Shown here: one piece after another, positions 29,154 to 37,625 of the stretch
Numbering within the stretch: position 1 is the first letter of the stretch
Layout: each line of letters begins with the position of its first letter
Source: Ponticaulis sp.
GTDB lineage: Bacteria > Pseudomonadota > Alphaproteobacteria > Caulobacterales > Hyphomonadaceae
Direction of reading: 5' to 3'
Assembly (NCBI GenBank): GCA_002701295.1
Contig: NZUJ01000124.1
Span: 53,986-117,985 of the forward strand
Length of the DNA stretch: 64,000 bases
Notes under the pieces: generated by a model
Seen by the model: the letters and a program-made list of their open reading frames with translations, nothing else
Databases searched by the model: none
What the model was told of the DNA's origin: nothing
Made by a program: the position numbers and the translations under genes

Positions 29154-29306
29154 CTGTCCACATCCATCCATTCGGACATGTGTTTAGCAAACCCCGGCCT
29201 AAATCAAATACGCTTTTTGCAGTGCACTTTGTCGCCACAGGAAAACGAAAAGCCACCAGACCACAAAGCGCCATCTGATGGCTTTTGAACGAAGGTCTTT
29301 CGCAGG

Positions 29307-29534
29307 TTAAGCGGCGTCCGACTGGCCTTGCATGGCGTGGACATCTTTCGCGCCGAGAAGCTGACCGCCAATTCCCCAGTCACCTTGCTCAACTTCCATG
29401 ATGCGAACCCATGTGACCGGTCGAAGGGCTTCACCTTCAAGCTCAACCATAGCATCCGTCAGTTTTGCGATGATCTCAGCTTTTTGTTCCTGAGTGAATA
29501 CGTCTTTGATAACGTCAACAGTTACGAGGGGCAT
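29307..29534 (-). CDS. 4-oxalocrotonate tautomerase family protein
   Basis: MPLVTVDVIK (catalytic Pro1), WGIGG; true start ATG 29534. Confidence 0.9.
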   Translation of the reverse strand: MPLVTVDVIKDVFTQEQKAEIIAKLTDAMVELEGEALRPVTWVRIMEVEQGDWGIGGQLLGAKDVHAMQGQSDAA

Positions 29535-29614
29535 GTATTTCTTCCTTCTTAAAGATGATCCGGGAATGTCCCCGGCGACGAAGAAACAAATGCCGCAAAC
29601 CTGCCCTTGCAGAC

Positions 29615-29675
29615 AGTTCACGATCTGAAGCAAGCCGCTACAGAAACTGAAGTTTTGTGCTATAAAAAATGTAAT
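29615..29675. promoter_or_regulatory. Three imperfect 17-bp palindromes with 22-bp period; putative HxlR operators
   Basis: AGTTCA-CGATC-TGAAGC, GCTACA-GAAAC-TGAAGT, GCTATA-AAAAA-TGTAAT starting at 29615, 29637, 29659. Confidence 0.6.
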
Positions 29676-29699
29676 TCAGACGTGCGGGGCGTGAATTAC

Positions 29700-30389
29700 A
29701 TGAAATATGGCCAGTTTTGTCCAATCGCTAAAGCAACCGAGATTCTCGGAGAAAAGTGGACGATCCTCATTATCAGAGAGCTTTTGATGGGAGGTTCTCG
29801 CTTCAATGAAATGCAGCGCGGTCTCGGCGACATTTCACCCGCTCTTTTGACGTCCCGCCTCAAATCACTGGAAGAACAGGGCATCGTCGTCCGGCGAAAA
29901 ATGCCTGGCCAGAAGGGTTTCGAATACTTCCCTACTTCGGCCTGCCAATCGCTTATGCCTATACTGTTTCAGCTTGGCGAGTGGGGCCTTATCTGGGCTA
30001 AAGACAACGTGCTCGACGAGGAAGTCGATCCTGAACTCCTCATGCTGTATCTGGAGCGGAGCATCGATCCCTCGCAGATTCCGGGCGCGAACGGCGTTAT
30101 CCGTTTCAGATTTATCGATCTGAAGGATCAGCAGGACTTCTGGCTCCTGGTGAAAGAGCGCACGGTTGACTTGTGTATCACCGATCCGGGTCGCGATGTG
30201 GACGTCTATTTCCAATGCACGCTCTGCACCATGAAGAATGTCTGGATGGGTGAACGGAGTTATAAAGATGCCCTCAGTGCAGGTGATCTTCAGGTAACCG
30301 GCGACCCGGCCCTGACACGGAATATTCGTAGCTGGCTCAAGCCGAGCATTTTTGAGCAATCGGCAAGAGAGCCTGTCACAGCAGACTGA
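29700..30389 (+). CDS. HxlR-family winged-helix regulator with C-terminal SCP2-like domain
   Basis: YGQFCPIAKATEILGEKWTILIIREL..G..RFNE; C-terminal domain with GDLQVTGD. Confidence 0.85.
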   Translation: MKYGQFCPIAKATEILGEKWTILIIRELLMGGSRFNEMQRGLGDISPALLTSRLKSLEEQGIVVRRKMPGQKGFEYFPTSACQSLMPILFQLGEWGLIWAKDNVLDEEVDPELLMLYLERSIDPSQIPGANGVIRFRFIDLKDQQDFWLLVKERTVDLCITDPGRDVDVYFQCTLCTMKNVWMGERSYKDALSAGDLQVTGDPALTRNIRSWLKPSIFEQSAREPVTAD

Positions 30390-30517
30390 TCAGGAAGAAG
30401 GCCATATCTCGCTGTATCTGTTCGAAGATGGCTTGATCTCAACTGTGATGTACACGCCAGCGAGCAAGAGAGTTTCGCTTGACGACGCCCCTGAATAACC
30501 ACCGGAATAACCCTGGC

Positions 30518-31219
30518 TCAGTTTTCAGCGAGAATTTCCGTCTTCTGCACGTTTGTCTGTTGCTGGCGCTTTCCGAGCGCGGAGACATCCACATCAATTG
30601 TCAGCGTTCTGAAATAGGGTCGCCCATTTGGCGCAGGCTCGCAATTCGCTTTCAGTTCGAAACTATGCACCTTGGCCACGATGACCGGCTTGAAAGGTTT
30701 TAACAGCGTGTAGCTGAAATCCGTAATCGTCTGCGTCGCACGGTCGACAGTGATGGTCGCCTCCGTGCGCTCGATCATCTTGCGTTCAGTATCGTCGGCT
30801 TCCGGGTCGGTCGGTGTGAAGGCAAAGGTAACGGCGTCCGGCGTTTCGCTGATGGTGCGGACATCGCCCTTCACCCGGTCGGCCATGTCATCGCACCAGA
30901 TGTCGCCGCCTTCTTCTTCAAGCTGTTTCAAGCGTTCTTCCCGCCGCTTTTCATCGACCTCTCCGCCCGCCGACAATACTTCAAACCGCGGTGTTTTATC
31001 GGGGTCAAAGCGATAGCGAAAACTCTCTTTGCCCTCTCCATCTATATTCGCCGTCTCATAGCTGAAGACCTCGGTCTGACCCGGTTTCGCGGCGACGGCC
31101 TTCGCAAAAAGATCCGGCCAGTCGCGCGCATGGGAGGGGAGCGCCAAGGCAATAATCGAAAGTACCAGCGCTCCAAAAATCCAGCTTTTAGACCTATGCC
31201 GTATCCTTTCCCGATGCAT
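30518..31219 (-). CDS. Secreted hypothetical protein, paralog B
   Basis: Signal peptide; DWPDLF, IWCDD, CEPAPNGRPYF. Confidence 0.75.
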   Translation of the reverse strand: MHRERIRHRSKSWIFGALVLSIIALALPSHARDWPDLFAKAVAAKPGQTEVFSYETANIDGEGKESFRYRFDPDKTPRFEVLSAGGEVDEKRREERLKQLEEEGGDIWCDDMADRVKGDVRTISETPDAVTFAFTPTDPEADDTERKMIERTEATITVDRATQTITDFSYTLLKPFKPVIVAKVHSFELKANCEPAPNGRPYFRTLTIDVDVSALGKRQQQTNVQKTEILAEN

Positions 31220-31230
31220 TTGCGGACTCC

Positions 31231-32052
31231 CTACCCATTTAAATATTGTGGCGAATACTGATGACCATAAATCTCGTCGTGCGGATCGTAATAATCTGGA
31301 ACCAGATCGACGCCTTCTTCATAGAGAGTGAACAGAAGATCTTTAGAAATGTAGATCTCGCCCGTGTGAGGCTTGCGGATCAAGTGAAACCTAACGCCAG
31401 GTTTGAAAACAGTGCCAAATTTTACGGGAGTTCCATTCCAGACATGTGACCCGGGGTCAGAACCATCCCAATCGCTCGGTCGAAACCATGTCATGTGCGA
31501 TGCAGAATAGTCGATGTCGTTTTCATCTATGCGCAACGGGTCGATGAGCGAATATGGTATTTGGTCGCCGGTCTCTAAATCTTGTAAGTTAAATTGCAGG
31601 ACCCTGTCGTCTGAAATGGGTTCAATTTGCTGAATGACGCTGAATGCCAATTCGTTAACAAGAAGAGCGTTCTGCAGGAGTGTCAGTGCCGGAAACCCGC
31701 CAGCATTAAAATAACCTAACTCCGGGTTCGGACCAATTAGCCTGAGCTCAACGGGCTCTTTCGGCCGAAAGCGTTCCGACAATAGGTGAAAGCCCCATCC
31801 ATTACCAAATCTAATTGGCTTCGGGGCATTCGAATACGATTTGTATGCGCTCCAGTTGACAAACTCTACAGTCCACCCTCCGTAATCACGTGTGACAAGT
31901 TCTCGGGCCTCGAATACCGGATCAAACCTTTCCGGCGGAACGATGAATTGCTTTCGACGAAACTTGCGTGCGCTCGCTTCGGCTTCTTGAGCCATGATCA
32001 CAGCCTGATGATGCTCAGGTATCTCGTCCCATTCAAATGCTGGCATGCTCAA
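31231..32052 (-). CDS. Hypothetical protein, Imm11/DUF1629-like immunity protein
   Basis: YSLIDPLRIDENDIDYSAS and FHL...GEIYISKDL resemble the Imm11 pattern; AT-richer than neighbours. Confidence 0.5.
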   Translation of the reverse strand: MSMPAFEWDEIPEHHQAVIMAQEAEASARKFRRKQFIVPPERFDPVFEARELVTRDYGGWTVEFVNWSAYKSYSNAPKPIRFGNGWGFHLLSERFRPKEPVELRLIGPNPELGYFNAGGFPALTLLQNALLVNELAFSVIQQIEPISDDRVLQFNLQDLETGDQIPYSLIDPLRIDENDIDYSASHMTWFRPSDWDGSDPGSHVWNGTPVKFGTVFKPGVRFHLIRKPHTGEIYISKDLLFTLYEEGVDLVPDYYDPHDEIYGHQYSPQYLNG

Positions 32053-32230
32053 CGTCCATCGAAGAATTCTCGTCGAAACTCACACTACCCTCCAGTTCCT
32101 GAACATCAATTTGAATTCAGTACTCCGGATGCTTGGCCAGAGTTGTAGAGCCAGCACAATTGCGCAACTCACAAAGTAAGAAGCGAAAATTACCCGATGA
32201 CGCCCGTAACTTTCACGCTATGTTCTAACC

Positions 32231-34729
32231 ATGGCAGACGGCGATCCACATCTCCTTCCTCAACGTTTCGAAGACTGGTTCGCCTCGCGCGGCTGGAACG
32301 CCCGACCACATCAGCTCGCCCTGATCGACGCGGCAAGGCGCGATGAAAGTGCGCTGCTGATTGCCCCGACCGGTGCAGGCAAAACGCTGGCCGGTTTCCT
32401 GCCCAGCCTGATTGACCTTGCTGAGAACAAACCGAAGCGGAACACCAAGCGCCCTGCGCTACACACGCTCTATATCTCACCGCTGAAGGCGCTGGCGGTG
32501 GACGTGCATCGCAATCTGCAAACGCCTGTCGACGAGATGGATCTCGATGTCCGCATTGAGACCCGAACCGGCGACACTCCACAATCGAGACGCCAGCGCC
32601 AGCGTGCCAACCCACCGGATATCCTGCTCACCACGCCCGAACAGCTCGCCCTGTTTGTCGCCTCAGATCGCGCCTCTGAATTCTTTGAAGACCTCAAAGC
32701 GGTGATCATTGACGAAATCCACGCCATCGCGCCGACCAAGCGCGGAGACTTGCTGGCGCTGGGCCTGTCCACGCTTCGCAGCTGGGCGCCCAATCTTCGC
32801 CTCACAGGCCTTTCGGCCACCGTCGCCGAACCTGACCGCCTGACCCACTGGATGGGTGGCGCAACCACCATCACCGCAACGGGTGGCGCGAATGCCAACA
32901 TTGACCTTCTCATCTCTCGGGAGCGCATTCCCTGGTCGGGTCATTCGGGCCGGTTTGCCATTTCTGAAGTCTATGAAGAGATCAAAAAGGCGCGCCTCGC
33001 GCTGGTCTTCGTCAACACTCGCAGCCAGGCCGAAATGCTGTTTCAGGAGCTGTGGCGCGCAAACGATGACAGCCTTCCCATCGCGCTCCATCATGGCTCT
33101 CTGGATGTCGAACAACGCCGCAAGGTCGAAGCCGCCATGGCGAAGGGCATTCTGCGGGCGGTTGTCTGCACCTCGACACTGGATCTCGGCATTGACTGGG
33201 GCGATGTGGACCTCGTCATCCAGATGGGTGCGCCCAAGGGCTCGTCCCGCCTGATCCAGCGCATAGGCCGCGCCAATCACCGCCTCGATGAAGCGAGCCG
33301 CGCGCTGCTCGTACCAACAAACCGGTTCGAAGTGCTTGAGTGCCGCGCCGCGAAAGAGGCCGTGGATGATCGCGCTCTTGATGGCCCGGATAGAACACGC
33401 GGCGGGCTGGATGTGCTGGCCCAGCACATCATGGGCCGCGCCTGTGGCGAGGGGTTCGATATGGAGCGCCTCTATCAGGAGATCACCTCGGTTGCGCCTT
33501 ACGCGCACGTAGACTGGGAGACGTTTGAGCGCGTGGTCGATCTGGCGGCGACCGGCGGGTATGCGCTGCGAACCTATGACCGGTTCAAACGGATTGTGAA
33601 ACGCAAGGAAGACGGGCTCTGGCACGCCCGCACAGCGCGCGATGCACAAGGCCATCGGCTGAATGTCGGCACCATCATTGAAGCCGCTATGCTCAAGGTC
33701 CGCGTGCTGGGCCGCATCAAACGCGATGGACAAGGCCGCGTCACGCCGGGCCAGTTTGGCGGCAAGGCGCTGGGCGAAATCGAGGAAGGCTTTATCGAGA
33801 GCCTGACCCCCGGCGACACTTTCCTGTTTGGGGGTGAGGTGCTGCAATTCGAAGGCATCTCCGAGACCAGCGTTCTGACCACGCGGTCAAACGATACAGA
33901 GCCGGCCATCCCCTCATATGCCGGCGGGAAGTTTCCGCTCTCCACCTTCCTCGCAGACCGTGTTCGGAAGCTCCTCCATGATGAAGAGAACTGGCACAAA
34001 CTTCCTGAACAGGTGGCTGAGTGGATCCGGATTCAAAAACTGCGGTCTGTCATTCCGCCAGCCGACAAAATGCTGATCGAAACCTTTCCGCGAGCCGGGC
34101 GGCATTACCTGATCTGCTACCCATTTGATGGACGACTGGCCCAGCAAAGTCTCGGCATGCTGCTGACGCGGCGGCTGGAACGCTGGGGATATCGCCCGCT
34201 TGGCTTTGTCGCGTCTGAATACGCCATGGCCATCTGGTGCCTGGAGCCTATGGGCGGGCTGGATATGAGCAAGCTGTTCGATCAGGACATGCTGGGTGAC
34301 GACCTTGAAGAATGGCTTGATGAGAGCTTCATGATGAAGCGCACCTTCAAGCAGTGCGCCCAGATTGCCGGCCTCATTCTGCGGCGTCAGCCCGGAACCG
34401 AGAAAACCGGGCGACAGGTCACGTTTTCAACCGACCTCATCTATGACGTGCTGCGCAGCCATGAGCCCGACCACATTCTCCTTCAGGCCGCCCGTGAGGA
34501 AGCCGCAGAAGGTCAGCTTGATATTCGGCGTCTGGCCGCACTCCTCAGCCGCATCAAAGGCCATATCGTCCATAAAGACCTCGACCGCATTTCGCCCTTT
34601 GCCGTACCCGTTATGCTGGAGGTCGGACGTGAACCAGTTGCAGGCGTCTCCGCCGCCGAGGCTATTCTACAGGAAGCGGAAGAAGACCTGTTGGCGGAGG
34701 CGTTTGGCGATGATGTACCGGGAGGGTAA
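32231..34729 (+). CDS. Ligase-associated DNA damage response DEXH-box helicase (Lhr-core type)
   Basis: APTGAGKT, SPLKAL, IDEIH, GLSAT, HHGSL, TSTLDLGID, QRIGR. Confidence 0.93.
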   Translation: MADGDPHLLPQRFEDWFASRGWNARPHQLALIDAARRDESALLIAPTGAGKTLAGFLPSLIDLAENKPKRNTKRPALHTLYISPLKALAVDVHRNLQTPVDEMDLDVRIETRTGDTPQSRRQRQRANPPDILLTTPEQLALFVASDRASEFFEDLKAVIIDEIHAIAPTKRGDLLALGLSTLRSWAPNLRLTGLSATVAEPDRLTHWMGGATTITATGGANANIDLLISRERIPWSGHSGRFAISEVYEEIKKARLALVFVNTRSQAEMLFQELWRANDDSLPIALHHGSLDVEQRRKVEAAMAKGILRAVVCTSTLDLGIDWGDVDLVIQMGAPKGSSRLIQRIGRANHRLDEASRALLVPTNRFEVLECRAAKEAVDDRALDGPDRTRGGLDVLAQHIMGRACGEGFDMERLYQEITSVAPYAHVDWETFERVVDLAATGGYALRTYDRFKRIVKRKEDGLWHARTARDAQGHRLNVGTIIEAAMLKVRVLGRIKRDGQGRVTPGQFGGKALGEIEEGFIESLTPGDTFLFGGEVLQFEGISETSVLTTRSNDTEPAIPSYAGGKFPLSTFLADRVRKLLHDEENWHKLPEQVAEWIRIQKLRSVIPPADKMLIETFPRAGRHYLICYPFDGRLAQQSLGMLLTRRLERWGYRPLGFVASEYAMAIWCLEPMGGLDMSKLFDQDMLGDDLEEWLDESFMMKRTFKQCAQIAGLILRRQPGTEKTGRQVTFSTDLIYDVLRSHEPDHILLQAAREEAAEGQLDIRRLAALLSRIKGHIVHKDLDRISPFAVPVMLEVGREPVAGVSAAEAILQEAEEDLLAEAFGDDVPGG

Positions 34730-34867
34730 GCTTTGATATTGATCGCGTCCCCCTTCCTCCCCAGGGAAGAACGGGGAGCATTTCATTAAGGCCCCTCTTT
34801 CCCCAACGGCAAATTGACCTCGCACCATTCCTGCGCCATCCAAAGCAGGAAATGGGAGTGAACTATA

Positions 34868-35668
34868 ATGACCACTGAAACAAACGATCTCGTCATCACG
34901 AAAGAGAACGGCGTTGGCACGCTGCGCTTCAACCGGCCTGACGCCATGAATGCGCTGACGCCTTATATGTTTGAAACCGGCATTCCGGCTCTTGAAGACA
35001 TGGCGGCTGACAATGATGTGCGCTGTATTGTGGTCACCGGGACTGGCCGCGCCTTCTGCGCTGGCGGCGATGTGAAAGCGATGAATGCGGGGCGTCATGG
35101 TGAAATGACGACCGAGATGAAGGTCAACCGCCAGCTTGGCATCCATCGCTTGTCCGGCCTTCTGAATTCCATACCGAAGCCGACGATTGCGGCGGTGAAT
35201 GGCGTTGCCGCGGGCGCGGGGTTTTCGATAGCACTGGCCTGTGACCTGCGCATCGCGTCCAGCGCTGCGCGCTTCACTACTGCCTTTGCCAAGGTCGGCT
35301 TTGCCGGTGATTTCGGGATCACCTGGCCGCTCGTCCGGGCGCTCGGAGAAGCGAAAGCAAAGGAACTTCTGTTCCTGTCTGAAATGATCCCGGTCGATGA
35401 GGCGCACCGCCTCGGCATTGTAAACAAAGTCGTGCCTGCCGAAGAGTTTGACGCTGCAGTCGCTGAACTCTCGAACAAGCTCGCCACGGGCGCCGCGCTC
35501 GCCTATCGGTACATGAAGGAAAATGTCCGCCTCTCAGCGACCGAAAACTACCAGACCATGCTGGAGCGCGAAGCCTTTACCCAGATCTACACAGGCGAAA
35601 CCGAAGACCACAAAGAAGGTGCACGCGCCTTTGTCGAAAAGCGTCCTCCTGTCTTCAAAGGCCGTTGA
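34868..35668 (+). CDS. Enoyl-CoA hydratase/isomerase family protein
   Basis: AFCAGGDV, AAVNGVAAGAG, LACDLR, EDHKEG..AFVEKR. Confidence 0.9.
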   Translation: MTTETNDLVITKENGVGTLRFNRPDAMNALTPYMFETGIPALEDMAADNDVRCIVVTGTGRAFCAGGDVKAMNAGRHGEMTTEMKVNRQLGIHRLSGLLNSIPKPTIAAVNGVAAGAGFSIALACDLRIASSAARFTTAFAKVGFAGDFGITWPLVRALGEAKAKELLFLSEMIPVDEAHRLGIVNKVVPAEEFDAAVAELSNKLATGAALAYRYMKENVRLSATENYQTMLEREAFTQIYTGETEDHKEGARAFVEKRPPVFKGR

Positions 35669-35717
35669 TTTTACGGGCTTGCCCCTGCATCGTAGAGGCG
35701 AAGCAGGGGTGAGCGGC

Positions 35718-36824
35718 ATGTTCAAATTCGGACGTCTCAGAAGGATTACACGACTAATAGTTCTCATAGCGAGTCTGGTCGGCTGCACGTCATCAAATAA
35801 TGGCACAGAGATCACATTTGCCCCAGTGGGCATGGCACGGCTTGAACTCGCTGATTCAACACGGCTAAACTGGACCGAAGATGGACCGCGTCCGCTGACT
35901 ACATTGATCTGGTATCCAGCCAGGCCGGGAACCCCCATGGAAACCGTCGCAGTACCACCCGGTGATGCATTGTTTGTTGGTGGTGAGGCGGCGTTCGGCG
36001 CGGAGATTGACGCTGTTAGACCACATCCGGTGGTCATGCTCTCTCACGGCACTGGCGGAGCAGCTTTTCAGATGATGTGGCTCGGCCGTGCTCTGGCCGA
36101 GCGCGGATACATCGCTATTGCCGTAGACCATCACGGGAACACCAGCGCGGAACCCGCAATGGACCCAAAAAGCTTTCTGTTCCAATGGGAACGCGCTCAA
36201 GACATCAGTGCTGTGCTCGATCTACTCCAGGCAGATGAAAACTGGTCACCGCTTCTGGATGCAACCGACATTTCAGCAGCGGGTTTTTCCATTGGTGGCT
36301 ATACAATGGCTGTACTCGCTGGCGCGGTCACAAGCTATCAGCAGTTTCAGGAATTCTGCGCCTCAGATCAGGCGACCGCGCCCTGCGACGGTGTTGCTGA
36401 ATATCCCAATCTGAATGCAGATACTGCCGACCTGATCGCACGGGAGCCGACATTGCTGGTTCGTCTGAGCGATGGATTTCTGAATCATTCCGACCAGCGT
36501 ATCGCGAAGTTTGTGCTCATCGCACCTGGCCCTGGCATGATATTGACGAAGGACAGCCTGCGTATGCTGGAGCCCCCCGCGCTGATTATTGCCGGTACAG
36601 CTGATCCCGTAACGCCAATGCCGACGAATGCTAGTCGGATAGCGGACCTCTGGCAAAATTCTGAGTTGGCCGCGCTTCAGGATGTGACGCACTACGACTT
36701 CCTGGCTGATTGCACGCAGCGCGGTCTCGATGTCGTTCCGGTATGCCAGCAAGCCAGTCTCAATAAACAGTCGGCACATCAGCGAGCCATAGATCTGACC
36801 ATCAGGTTTTTAGGTTCGGACTGA
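35718..36824 (+). CDS. Alpha/beta-hydrolase lipoprotein (dienelactone hydrolase-like)
   Basis: LVGC lipobox, SHGTGG, DHHG, GFSIG nucleophile elbow, HYDF. Confidence 0.8.
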   Translation: MFKFGRLRRITRLIVLIASLVGCTSSNNGTEITFAPVGMARLELADSTRLNWTEDGPRPLTTLIWYPARPGTPMETVAVPPGDALFVGGEAAFGAEIDAVRPHPVVMLSHGTGGAAFQMMWLGRALAERGYIAIAVDHHGNTSAEPAMDPKSFLFQWERAQDISAVLDLLQADENWSPLLDATDISAAGFSIGGYTMAVLAGAVTSYQQFQEFCASDQATAPCDGVAEYPNLNADTADLIAREPTLLVRLSDGFLNHSDQRIAKFVLIAPGPGMILTKDSLRMLEPPALIIAGTADPVTPMPTNASRIADLWQNSELAALQDVTHYDFLADCTQRGLDVVPVCQQASLNKQSAHQRAIDLTIRFLGSD

Positions 36825-36869
36825 AGTCCACAGTAATTGCCGCTTCGGGGAATTGACGGTGTTCGTGAA

Positions 36870-37622
36870 ATGTTTCACCGATACGTCATGCAAGCCAAGC
36901 TGCAATCTGATGACGCGCCCGTGCCCACGGTGATCGCTTTCTGCGGGAGCGAATTGCATCCGATGGCTGAGGGCGCGCTCTGGTGGCCTGCACGCAAAAC
37001 GCTGATTGTGTCCGACCTGCACCTTGAAAAAGGCTCATCCTACGCTCGAGGCGGACAACATCTGCCGCCCTATGATACCCGTACAACACTCGGCCTGGTG
37101 AAACGCCTTGTGAGCGAGCTTGGCGCGCAAACGGTGATCTCTCTTGGCGACAGCTTTCACGATCCAAAAGCCTTTCAGCGTTTGTGTGAGCATGACGTCA
37201 CCATCATTCGCGAACTGACGTCACAAACAGACTGGATCTGGGTGGAAGGCAATCACGACCCGATCCCACCCGAAAACCTCGGCGGCAGAGCCTGTCACGA
37301 ATTGCGCATTGCGGGGCTGGTTTTCCGTCACGAGCCAAGCGGCGAAACAGGCGAGATCGCGGGTCACTTACACCCCTGCGCACGGCTTGCGGGACGCGGC
37401 GGAAAACTGATTCGTCGACGTTGCTTCGTAACGGATACGAATAGTCTGATCATGCCCAGCATGGGTGCCTTCACAGGTGGGCTGAATGTGCTTGATCCGG
37501 CTTATTCTCAACTGAGACGATCAGGACTGCGGGTCTATATGACGGGTGAGCGCCGTGTATTTTCTATACCTGTCAATCGGTTAGCGCCAGACCGCACCAG
37601 TCGTTCACACTGGCGCTTATAG
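36870..37622 (+). CDS. pdeM: Ligase-associated metallophosphoesterase/endonuclease
   Basis: VSDLHLEKGS, PPYD, LGDSFHD, GNHD, HEP, GHLHP, GGLNV; start uncertain (36870 or 36888). Confidence 0.88.
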   Translation: MFHRYVMQAKLQSDDAPVPTVIAFCGSELHPMAEGALWWPARKTLIVSDLHLEKGSSYARGGQHLPPYDTRTTLGLVKRLVSELGAQTVISLGDSFHDPKAFQRLCEHDVTIIRELTSQTDWIWVEGNHDPIPPENLGGRACHELRIAGLVFRHEPSGETGEIAGHLHPCARLAGRGGKLIRRRCFVTDTNSLIMPSMGAFTGGLNVLDPAYSQLRRSGLRVYMTGERRVFSIPVNRLAPDRTSRSHWRL

Positions 37623-37625
37623 TCT

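Noticed and set aside
34748-34855. GC-rich hairpins after the helicase as a REP/MITE element
   Set aside because: Imperfect and no second copy found in the window; could simply be a terminator or leader structure
35678-35716. Hairpin directly before the hydrolase ATG as a riboswitch or thermometer
   Set aside because: A single stem with no family-specific motif
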